Of a DNA stretch of 64,000 nt, positions 52,130-63,440 are shown in pieces. This DNA comes from Octopus sinensis (taxonomy: Eukaryota), in the NCBI RefSeq assembly GCF_006345805.1, contig NC_043008.1, positions 71,300,001 to 71,364,000 of the forward strand. The letters run 5' to 3'. Position 1 is the first letter of the stretch. Each line of letters begins with the position of its first letter. The notes under the pieces are model-generated. The model saw only the letters and a program-made list of their open reading frames with translations. It was not told the origin of the DNA and ran no database searches. A program made the position numbers and the translations under genes.

Positions 52130-53628
52130 GCCCCACTCTTTTTGGGTATTGGCTTTGGCATCTTTAAACGTGAGTTAAATTGTTACACCTTGTTATTTAT
52201 ATATTTGTTGTAGGTTTCTCCTCGCGGGTGAAACAAGTTTACTTATATTGTTAAATTGTTGGATTTCTGTTGTTGATTTTGGCCTGTTTCGGACGTTGTT
52301 TCTTCTGCAGTTCTGGGTGAAAAAGTGAAAAGAGGAGAATGGAGCGTGGCGCAAGTTATGCGCCTCCAACTACACAAGGTATTACAACCAACATCCTTGA
52401 AATTCGCGTGATAAAAATAGAGAAAAAATGGAAAGAAGGAAACAAATTGTTAGAAAGGGAAGGGGCCAGCTTAAAGCTGACTCCACCAGAAGATATGACG
52501 AAGAATGCAGCAGGCAAAACTGTTGTGTACAGCGCTACCGAAAATATAGAGATTGCCCCAATAGAGGAAATAGAGGAATGTTTAGGAGACGAAAGGACTC
52601 GCCACTTTTATACACGTGGAAGGAAATACGGCACAGTGGAGATTGTGTTCTTCAACGAGGAGGACGCTATTAACCACTCGATTGAGCCGGTAAGGACACA
52701 AGTGTGGGTACTGCTGCCGACGCAGTATGGCAAACGTGTTGCCAGAGTGAGAATCGGTAGAGTATTCCCGAAGAGGCATGGCTGGTGGCAGTTGTCATGC
52801 ACGAAACGGAGGAAGATGCAAAGATCCTTATAGTAACTATAGCGATAAAAGTTAATTGAGGGGCTACGGCCTAGAGATGGCGATTCAAGTTGTGCTAAAA
52901 GACCTACACTGAATTGGAGAAAGAGATTCTTCTACCAAAAAACCTCGAACATGTTTTCGATGTAAAGGAAAAGGGCACATGAGAGCATGGTGACCCCAGC
53001 ACGAATGTAAAGTGGATGAACAACAACGCGAAGAACAGCCCGCCGAAGGGGAGGGGCTGGAAATAAAGGAAAACGAAGAGGAAACATCTACTGTTTAGGA
53101 AAAACACCGCCATAGAGCTGAAAATAACGAAATTTAAAGGCGCCATAAAAATCCTTACCCGGAGCACATCAAGGGAGTGGTGATTCACAAGCAAAGTTAT
53201 AAATGGTTCAAAGAACTGTTTGAAGATGATGTGAACCCTTTGGGGGAAGAAATTGAATTTGTGGAACTACTAAAAGTAGTTAAGTACGAGTTAATATCTT
53301 TAATGAATGGTAATAGAGGAGTCATTTTTAAAAACGAAAAAACAAAAGAGAAAAGAATATAGAAGGAAAAAAATAAGAAAATAGACGTTTTAAAAAATGG
53401 GAAAAAAGATGCAGAAAGAAAAACGAAAACTCGCGAAAATTGTATAAAGGAACAGTTAAATGGTACTGCTTGTGAGTGGGGCTCAATGCAGCCATCTCAT
53501 CATCATCGATTTCATTATAAGTTTTTTTCATTTTCATTCTTTTTAGTTTTTTTTTGTCCACACTGTAATGTTCTGTCTGTCCTTGTGTATCCCCTTTATG
53601 TTAATGCCTGGCTTCCAAATAAAGAAAA
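52130..53628 (+). mobile_element. ORF1-only L1/Tx1-like unit 3 (apparently full length)
   Basis: T/G-rich 5' UTR, ATG 52339, RRM-like RGRKYGTVEIVF, CFRCKGKGHMRAW* at 52952, conserved C-terminal block, 3' UTR with AATAAA near 53618; no EN or RT. Confidence 0.88.
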
Positions 53629-53670
53629 GGAGAATGGGTCTCAAAGTAGCCATTTCATCATCATTTATCG

Positions 53671-55567
53671 GTGTGAGCGGTTGTGCGTTTACTTTGTAGC
53701 GGTTTTTTGTGTGAAATTGTTTGGTGGTAGTGAATAATTGTGAAGAATGAGAAGTTATACAGAAGATACTGGAAGTGGAAGTCGAGTACCCGTTGACCCG
53801 AGTGTATTGAAACAGGAGATGTTGCAGTGCAATAGAAAGCTGATAGTGAAATATGTTAATATGGTAGAGAAGGAGGATCCAAATATAAAACTGACCCTAC
53901 CAGAGGAGGAAGAAGTGAAAATGGAAAAGACGGTAATATTCAAAACATTTTCAAAGAAAAACAGAACTGAAAACGCACCACAAGAAGAGAAAAGAAATTT
54001 TGGAAAGACATGTAGGAGTCAGCATAGCGTTCTTTACAGGAGGAAAGAAATATGCGTCTATAGTGGTAACCTTTATATCAGAAGAGGAGGCGGAAAAACC
54101 CTCTAAGAGGATGATACAGGGTGAGAAAAGGACAGTGTTGCCAAACTGGTTGGTTAAACGAATTGTCAGATTTAGGGTAGGAATAATCCCACTTCTGGAT
54201 AGAACCAGATTGAATAATAACGGCGATTTTTTTTTCGGAGATAAGGAGGGAAACAGCGAAGATATTAGGATTGGCATGATAAGCCAAACCCAACAAGCGA
54301 AGTTTTGTGGCTGCAAAATAGAGGTAATTTGTGCAGTGAGCCAGAAGTATTATGAGTAAATACCTGAAAATTTAGAGCTACTAAATGAGGGAAAGCTGGA
54401 GATATTGTTGGAGGAAAGGCCCCCAAACTCTTACGAGTGTGGTGAAAGAGGGCACTTGAGAAAGAGATGCCTTAGGGCAGCAGTGGAAATCGTAGAGGAG
54501 AGTACTCAGGAGAACATAATAGTGGAGAAACAACAGAAGTAGATAACAGAAAAACATGGTGATTTTGTGGAGGTAAAGTCAAGAAAAAGAGAGAGGAGGA
54601 GGTCACCAACAATAATGGAACAGAAAATATACAAATCCATGGAAGAAGAAGTAATCCAACCTACAACGAAAAGCAGGAATAGTCCGCCAGTAGGATCACC
54701 AGTGAAAAAAGCTACAGATATGTATTTATTACCGAGCAAATGCAAGGACTTGCAAGTACATAAACATTCAGACACACAGACACACAAACACACCGACATG
54801 CAAACACACAGAAATATAGACAAACAGATACAAGATAACTTAGAATCACAGAAATCTAAAAACACAGCTATACAGACGATACATGCAGGTTTACAGTCAC
54901 AGAGACTCACAAACACACAGACATACCGTCATAGAGAAGCATAGGGAGACAATCACAGGATAGCGTAGAATTACAGAAACCGAAAAACACAGAGTCAGAG
55001 TCACAAAACACAGACATACAAGACACACACAGAAGTATGGTGTTTCTAGTGAAATATAGGACAACTCAAAGTTAGAGAGAAGAATTTCAAAATTAAAAGA
55101 CATTGTAAAAGTGAACTTAGACTAAGGTTACGACAAGAGTATGAGGTGTGTCGTAATAGATGATAGAAGGTATAGCGTTTTGAAGGAAGCCTTTCCTTCG
55201 GACATAAATTTACTGGAGCCAGAGGTGGATATTGAACCTCGAACCTCGGTGGTGGATTACGTTAATATAAAAGAGAAGATAAAGTGGTAAGACTCGTAAA
55301 AACCTTTTGGTTAAACATTTTGTTTAAAAAAAAGAAATCCTGAAACCATCTCGGTCGAATGAACATTGGTAAAAAACATTTTCGCTAAAATGTAAGGTTA
55401 AAACGAAAAAGGAAATCATGGTTTCCTCTCGGAGCAGGGCCGAGATGGCCATCTCATTTTCATTGGGATTAATTTCATTTTGCATTCATCCTTTCATGTG
55501 TCTTTTTGTCCCCGCATGTTTGTGTATGTCCCCTCTGTTTGGGCCTTGTCCCTAGAATAAAGAAATA
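53671..55567 (+). mobile_element. ORF1-only L1/Tx1-like unit 4 (diverged subfamily), nested in a sibling 3' UTR
   Basis: ATG 53747, GGKKYASIVVTF, SYECGERGHLRKRC, low-complexity insert, C-terminal LKEAFPSDINLLEPEV...VVDY, 3' UTR ending AATAAAGAAATA; flanked by a TTTCATCAT..TATCG duplication. Confidence 0.82.
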
Positions 55568-55700
55568 ATTTCATCATTATCGATTTCATTATACATTTTT
55601 TTCATTTTCCATTCGTTTTATGTTTATTGTCCCAACTGTGGTATTCTGTCTGTCCATGTCCCCTTGTTTTGTTAAGGTCTGGGTGCCAAATAAAGAAAGT
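55568..55700 (+). mobile_element. 3' UTR remnant of a fifth unit; its left part is at 53629-53670
   Basis: CATCATTATCGATTTCATTATAC...TGTCTGTCC...AATAAAGAAA matches the 3' UTRs of units 2 and 3. Confidence 0.75.
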
Positions 55701-55838
55701 GAGAGTCGGTGAGCTGTGTAAATCCAAGGGTTGCGTATAGTCGAGTTTAATTACAAGTATTGTGTATCTTGAGTAGAGCAATTTGTGAGGACGTTATTTA
55801 TTATCCCGTTATATCGTACGTCGAGCGTGCAATACAAT
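55701..55838 (+). mobile_element. Second copy of the Gypsy LTR 3' segment
   Basis: Colinear with 49278-49414 (roughly 85% identity by eye); not followed by a PBS, consistent with a 3' LTR. Confidence 0.85.
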
Positions 55839-56083
55839 ATGTATACCTATAGCTTCCCTGGTTGCCCGCCAAACGTAAGCGAAAGACTAGGTGAGCAATG
55901 AAAATTTGAAAATGCATCCTTGTAATTTGGGCGCCAAAATGTTAAATGTTTAGTAGTATGAGATGATAAGTTGCAACGATTAACTACCAGTTATATTTGA
56001 CACACAAGATTTTATTCCTGCTAACTACAATAGACGCAAAAAGATGTGACGGTGATGGCAGATTTAAACTATTTGTCGAATGT

Positions 56084-56144
<61 letters not shown>

Positions 56145-57385
56145 GGATATGTTTTTTAAGAACGCATTTGTGTTCAGATGCAAGTGTGTTCCTCTTCAAA
56201 GAAAGATAAAAAGACACATATTTCTCAAATGAAAATATGATCTGGAGAAATACAAAAAAATCTACATTTTCATATATTAATGAATGTATGTAGATATATA
56301 CACATACATACATGCATATATACACACATTCATATATATATATATATATATAGATATAGATAGATATAGATATATAAAAGTGCGGAAGAAAAAATATCGC
56401 TGCATATCTTTCACTTGATAAAAGACACAATTTCTGGAACAATAGAATTCTCTGTGGAACCCAGCACAGGACATCTCATTAACACGACCTAACTTACATG
56501 AATAAAAGCCTAATGAACACTCAATAGCCTGATTAGAAATATGGTAAGAAAGAGTAGTTCTTTACCTACAGTTTTTTTTTCTTTTACTTCTTACTTGCTA
56601 GGATCGCTTTACATTCGATTATGTTTTTTAGCGTACATTTTTCATTTAATATTTTTACACACGAAAGTTCCCTGTCTTCCAGAAGTCTACATCTGCCATA
56701 ATGGTTAATAGTTTTTAATATTCTACTATAAAAGCCAAAACACAAAAGAAAAATGACTACTTCGATTATTGAGAGAACGTAACATTAAGGAGTACGAGAA
56801 ATGCCTACGTATGTTGTATGTGTGTATAAGTAGGTATTGAAGATCATTAAATCATTAAGCATAAACCTAAATTCGTTATGATGAGGTAGTTAAAAACTAC
56901 CGTTGAGAGTGGCTGCCTGCGTTAATAGCATAAAGATATCTCAATGTGATATATTTCAAGCTGCGTACTCATTTCAGTCATACTTGCATAAATGCAGAAC
57001 AGTATAGAATACAAATGTACACTCGGGTACAAGTACACACACACGCGCACATATATTCTATGTGTGCACATCAATCTGTCTATAAATCCATTCATCCCTC
57101 TCTCTGTCTCCCACTCTCTTCCTTTCCTTCTCTCTCTCTCTCTCTCTGCATATATATATAACGTAGTTCTCAGGGAGATTCAGTGTGATACAAATTGTGG
57201 TAAGACTGGCCCTTTGAATTCCAGGTAGAACTAAATTTTGCCACCTGGGTGGTCTAGAGTGACACGAAATATGTTGGGTTCCTCAAGGGCACAAGTCAAA
57301 CTCAGGACCTAGTTATCCTGAACCGAATATCTTAAACACTCAGCCCAGCACCTTCACCTTCCCACACACACTCACACATAAAATA

Positions 57386-58430
57386 CAGTACTGTGCAAAA
57401 GTCTTCGGCCACTTTGAACTATTGTAAATTTCTACTAATTGCCAACTTATATGTAGTTGTTTCGCATTGCGTTTTTTACAGATCAAACATTAGCCCTGTT
57501 TAAATCATTTCCATAACTAATCATTATATTGTTCAGTAGGAGTTCTGAATAAGAGAGGAAGATGCGAGGCGACCACCAAAAATGCCATGCAACATTTTCG
57601 GTCACCTCACATAAACTAATCAAAATACAGTTTTTAAAACAGAAAAATGTCTATAACGAAAATTTATTACATAATGTTCATTTCAAGAAGTTACTGTACA
57701 TTGTCAATGTTTCGTGTGGTTGGTAATAGATGCGTGAGGGCGCGTGGCTTAGTGGTTAGGGCATTCGGCTCATGATCGTAAGGTTGTGAGTTCGATTCCC
57801 GGCGACGCGTTGTGTCCTTGAGCAAGACACTTTATTTCACGTTGCTCCAGTCAACTCAGCTGGTAAAAATGAGTTGTACTTGTATTTCAAAGGGTCAGCC
57901 TTGTCACTCTCTGTGTCACGCTGATTATCCCCGAGAACTACGTTAAGGGTACACGTGTCTGTGGAATGCTCAGCCATTTGCACGTTAATTTCACGAGCAA
58001 GCTGTTCCGTTGATCGTATCAGCTGGGACTCTCGTCGTCGTAACCGGCGGAGTCTTTTTTTTTTTTTTAATAGATGCGTACAAATCTTTCACCATCTTCA
58101 GAGGTATGAGATGGCATTTTCTGTGAATGAGTTCCCACAACACTTGAAATATAGCATGGATTCTTCTGACGAACTTTTCTCTTTAGTTCTGTTCCCATTT
58201 GCTCGATTTTATTTAATCAGGCCTCTGAGCTGGCCTATCTTTCAATACGGTAACATTTTCATCAGCCAGACTCCGTCATATTGAAAACTCTCACCTTCAT
58301 CCAAGTCTGATATCAAATTGTCCTTCAGCAACTGGATGTATTTGACATCAATTTTAACCAACACTCTTGAAACAACACATTTTATGTATCCTCAAAGTAT
58401 TAGACACTTACTCCCAAACTTCACTATTTA
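57386..58430 (-). mobile_element. Tc1 transposon 3' portion with TIR, interrupted by a SINE
   Basis: TA|CAGTACTGTGCAAAAGTCTT TIR; the minus strand gives KYIQLLKDNL, FQYD, RPAQRPD, VKDLYASI, reading across the SINE insertion. Confidence 0.75.
57736..58067 (+). mobile_element. tRNA-derived SINE family A head with tail type 2, poly(T) end, 12-bp TSD
   Basis: A-box TGGCTTAGTGG, B-box GTTCGATTCC; TSD TAATAGATGCGT at 57724-57735 and 58068-58079. Confidence 0.92.
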
Positions 58431-58474
58431 CGTCGTGTAATGTGGATCGTTTCGCTTTCTAATAAGGCCTTCTC

Positions 58475-59830
58475 TCGCTTTCTAATAAGTGAGAGAAGGC
58501 CTCCAGGAAAGCGAACTCTACGCCAAGGAAAACATCTCACACAGCGCACTGGACGACGTCATGGAACAGCTGGACACACTGCCAATTGCTGAAGAACTGA
58601 GTAGAGCCATTGGCTTGCCCGCTAGCTTGCCACCGAGTTTGGACGGCAGCTCATCAGAGATCATCAGATGTGCAAGGAGAGTTCTACTTAGCCACTTGCT
58701 GAAACTACGGTGTCAGTAGTGGGAGGAGGGAACAGTCCTGCAGGATATGAAACACTGCATAGGTCAAAAGCCTTTGTGAGGTCAATAAAGGTGATGAAGC
58801 GTTGTTACCTCTGCTCTCGGTACATCTCGGGGTATTCAATTTCATGCTCTTCTTTGGAGGCATTCAACATACGTAGTGGCATGAAGCAGGGCTCTATGCT
58901 TGCTCCAGGCTGAAGGCAAAATCATTGTTGCGCCAGGTACTCGCCAGAGAAATGCTATTCGCAGACACCGCATTATTGACAGCGCACTCTGAGAAGAAAA
59001 TGAAACACCTCATCAAGGAAGCCTCAAAGTTCTATTACGAATTCAACTTGACATTCAGCGTGAAGATGAACAAAGTACAGGGCCAACGTACCTAGCACCA
59101 CCACTCCACAATCAACTACTATAAGCTGGAAGTTGTTCATGAATTCTCTTACCTCGGATCTACCGTCACTGATGACAGGCGAATTGGACAAGTATACTCC
59201 ATATTTACCAAGCTCACAAAGGGAGTCTGGAAAAACAGAAAACTGGCTGCAAGCACAAGGATTGCTGTCTATAAGGCGTGCGTCCTTAGTACGCTACTTT
59301 ACAGCAATGAGACGTGGTGCCTTTACTCCAGACAAGAGCAGCGTCTCAATCTGCTCCACCTTCGTAATTTCAGGTGCATTTTGGGTAATAAGTGGATCAA
59401 CCACATCACCAACACCGAAGTCCTCAACCGCGCCGAGATACTCTGTATTCTCACCCGGCTCCAGCTGCGTTGTCTGCACTGGCTCGGTCACGTACAGCAG
59501 ATGCCAGAGAGGAGGATTCCAAAAGACCTTTTGTATTGGGAATTGGCCACCGGCACAACACACGAGAATGAACTTACCTTCGTATAAAGGACGTCTGCAA
59601 GAGAGATATGAAGTCGCTTGATCTGTACGTCCAGCGATGGGAAAAATGATAAGAAGTTGCCACGAAAGAAAAGCGCGCTCAACGGAAGGAAAACCTTGTA
59701 GCTCCGGCAGAGACCTCCTTGAAATGCTGCCACTTTATGCATGACTTCCACTCCCGTGTGGGCCTCTGCTGCTGACACGATTCCTTCGGGCGCAGATCCA
59801 TGGCCTCTCGAGACCTACAGATGCTGACTA
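58475..59830 (+). mobile_element. RTE-clade LINE, 5'-truncated with internal deletions
   Basis: ELYAKEN, GMKQGSMLAP, EMLFADTA, HWLGHVQQMPERRIPKDLLYWELATG; the 3' end TCTCGAGAC...GATGC resembles the RTE at 36404. Confidence 0.9.
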
Positions 59831-62800
59831 TGAAGTGCCGAAACTATCCACTCTACTTTTGGTAACTTATTTGGCAAGAGTTCCAAAGTGGAAATGTGTT
59901 GGATACGTTTATATAAAACGCTCATTCATTAATTTTGTCTTTCAATGGATGTTCGTGACTTTTTGTTCCAACGGAGAAAATTCTGTTGTCAACAGAAAAA
60001 TTCTATTTATTTATATTTTTTAGTGAATAACTCTATGTTTACAAGAACAAAGTATAACGTTATCATATACTTTTTTTACCATATTTTGAATTAATTATAT
60101 GACTATCTTTTTTTTTTGTTTTGAGTTTCGTTTATAAAAATCGGTCTTATTTGTAAACAGAGGCAATTATTTTGATCTGTTTGAATCTCCATAGTACGAT
60201 TTAATTAATGGTTTGCTAATTTTGTTTACATAGAATATATCCCAGGGGCAGTATTTGCAAAAAATAATAAAGTAATTGCATAAATTAGTTTCTGCATATT
60301 AACATTTATTATCACGTTCTTCCAAGACTAATGCTGTTTCTTCTCTCTTGCCATGTTGGAAAGTTATTCAGTGAACAGATATCTTTGACATATAGATCCT
60401 ATCTTCTGAGCGTTTTTATCACCGGAGCCATATGTGTCATTACAATGTTCTTATCCTTTGATGTGTAGCTTTTAGAAATAAATTCCAAACTTTGGAGAGT
60501 GCTGTTGGATCAAGTTATTACATCGCTTACCATAATAGGTAATTAGGTTCTGAAGATGTTTTGAGATTCTATGGGGAAGATATTAGCACCATTAAAACTA
60601 CGCACCTTTGATGAGTGAGGTATGAAACCCATCGATAATTATATAGTTCTTCTGTAAATATTTAACGTTTACAAAACACTACTTTAATTATAGTAGAGCA
60701 TGGTAGTTTATACATTATTACTTAAAATAGCCAAGGCATAGTATCTAAATCTCATTATTAAGTTAGTTTAGACTGCAACCCAGAAACATCTCTTCAAAAG
60801 CAGAAGGTACATCGCGCTCAACAAATTTTATACGCTTCACAGTTCAATTGAAGCTTATAATGGAATTTTTCATACACATCATTGGCACAATTACCGCTGT
60901 AGACTCTGACATGCTAACCAACCGACTCTTATTCACATGCATGTCCCAACCCCTCACCATCACGTGCGCTGCCTCAGTACTCTATATTTCTATGAATGGG
61001 ATTATAGTCACTGCTCCTCAGTGATCATGCTATCGCCAATCAAGAATTCATTTCCCACTCACCTTTTCTCGTATTATTGTTATTTTTTGCCGAACCTCCT
61101 TGGTCCTGTACTAACCATGCAGTCATTTCTTCTCAGGTAATAAAACATTTAGAAGTACGTCTATCTTTTCCGTGGGAATTAACAAACTAACGAGGTAGAT
61201 GTGAATAGTATCAATATCACGGTGGAAGTCATGGGAACTGCCCTTTCTTCAGACTCATTCCATAAAAGAAATACGCCATACTATTATATACATTTTAGAG
61301 AAAAATATTTCCTATGGACAACAAATGAAAGGTAGCTGATTAGATGAATCATCTGTCAATCTTTACCAAGCATCATTGATTTTGCTCTCATGCTTCGTAC
61401 TTGTTTTAGATTATTTATAAATACATCGAAGCTCTGATTGAAGTATATTTAACCACAGGCATTTATAATGTTACTTTTTATCTAAACTAAGCATTTCCCT
61501 TTGCCAAAACTATTCAGAACCACTCTTAATTCCCATACTATAAGGTTTCAAAAAGATTATTTTTTTGTTTTTCTTTTGAAAAATAAATAGTTCCTGCTTG
61601 GTTTTACATCTAGTAATAATTTGTTTCTGTACTTATATTCTTATTCACAGATCGCTTTTCTAAAATATATCGAAATTTTCTTCAATAAGCATTTTATCTA
61701 TTTTCACCGTTGTTTTCACGTTTCCTTCTGCAGCAGCATTTGTGAGGATTTTGGCTTAAAACGTAGTTTTGAAAGAAACGTTTTTACCTAATTCTATACC
61801 TTTGTATATAAGTTTGTAAGCTGATATTCTTATTTATAAGGATTCCATATATTGCATGTGCACTTCTTCATTGTTCGTGCCATGTTTACTGATGATACGG
61901 GCTGTAATCTTCTTAATTTTCCTGAACGGATTAGAAGAATTCATCTAGAGAATCGTACTAGCTCTTGTATGTAGGATATATTGTCTATATTTTTGTTTTA
62001 CCTTAGTCTTCAAATAATTTATTCTATGCTGGTAATACCTATTTTGCTTAGGAAACATTGACCTTTTAGTTTTAAGAGAACAGATGTAGAGAGAAAATAA
62101 TAAAACTCATCTATGTCATAAGAGTTGTACGAAATGTGAGTTTAATGCTTTCTGTACATTGAATCCCATACGTACATTCTTATTGCAGTCGAATATATGT
62201 CTACTTTTTAAATCCGATCTATATATGATCATTCTTCTTATTACCTCATTAACAGAACTGATATAATACAAATCATTTTCATTAACTTAGCGGAAATTGG
62301 CATAATATTTCACTGTTGGATAGAAGGTTTTGCGTTATTTCCTACAAAACTCTACAATCTGATTTCAAATCCCATTCAGGTCGATATCGTCCTTCACCAT
62401 TTAGGTGTCGATAAAAATGGACCAATCCAGCGAGAGAATAGAGAGAAATATTCCAGGATCAACAGAGAAGCTTTGCGATATCAGGCTTTGCTCGTTGCGT
62501 TCGTTGATGCTAATTCTAAGCTACATCGAAAAATACGCTCCAAAAAGATAAACATCAATGACATGAAAGGTGTGACAACATTTAAACAAACGCAACTACT
62601 CGTTGCTGCAAGATAATTTGGCCTGGCCTGCGCCTATATTTACAGATACATGAACAACACTGAGAAACAGGAGCTACATATTGATATTACTGGTATTAGA
62701 ATCTATTGTAGCCTATTGGTAAGATGACACAAACTTGCCGTACAATATTTATTCCATTGTGAGTTCGAATGTAGTCTCTGTTTAAAATGCCTACAAAATA

Positions 62801-63440
62801 ACGCAACAGTATTTACTTCGTTTTACTAAACGGTTCAATCCCCATCCACAAACTCAATGATAATTTCCTTATGTTAAAGTGCAACAATATTCCCCTCAAA
62901 ACGATAAAACTGATTGCCCATGGTATATATTGAAATAGATTATTTACTTATACTGTTTTACTAACCGAGTTAAATTTCACCAACTTCGAATGACAGAGCC
63001 ATTAAAATTATCGGTAACAAATGAGTTGTGGCATTTGTTCCTGCTGTTTATATTCTGAGTTCAAATCCCGAAGTGGTAAATTTTAATGCCTTTGGAAGAA
63101 AAGAGGTCTCAATTAAAGAGTGGAGTTGACATTATCGACTACACGCCTACCATGAAAATGGTTGGCATTATGTTAAATCATCAGCGTCGTCATCAACGAC
63201 GTCGTCATTATCTTCATCACGATAACTCAGAATTCACAGGTTCTTACGCTACATCCAAATATAAACTTAAACCATTTCATCCATAACTTCATTTGTGGAA
63301 GGAAGAAGTGCTTTAGACCCCCGCCCACAAAAAATGCAGGAAGAAGACGAAAGCAAGGTTGTGACATGTGAATAAATTACACACGGCGTGTGCAGTTAGT
63401 TCAATGAAGGACTGCACACAATTTCCAAGCATCCCACAAT

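Noticed and set aside
52332-53638. AGGAGAATGG at 52332-52341 and 53629-53638 as a possible TSD of unit 3
   Set aside because: The left copy overlaps the ORF1 start codon after a 5'-UTR-like region, and the right copy aligns with the GAGTGGGGCTC motif of sibling UTRs; probably coincidence.
59133-59778. 162-aa and neighbouring ORFs
   Set aside because: Off-frame or antisense readings of the RTE fragment, not independent genes.
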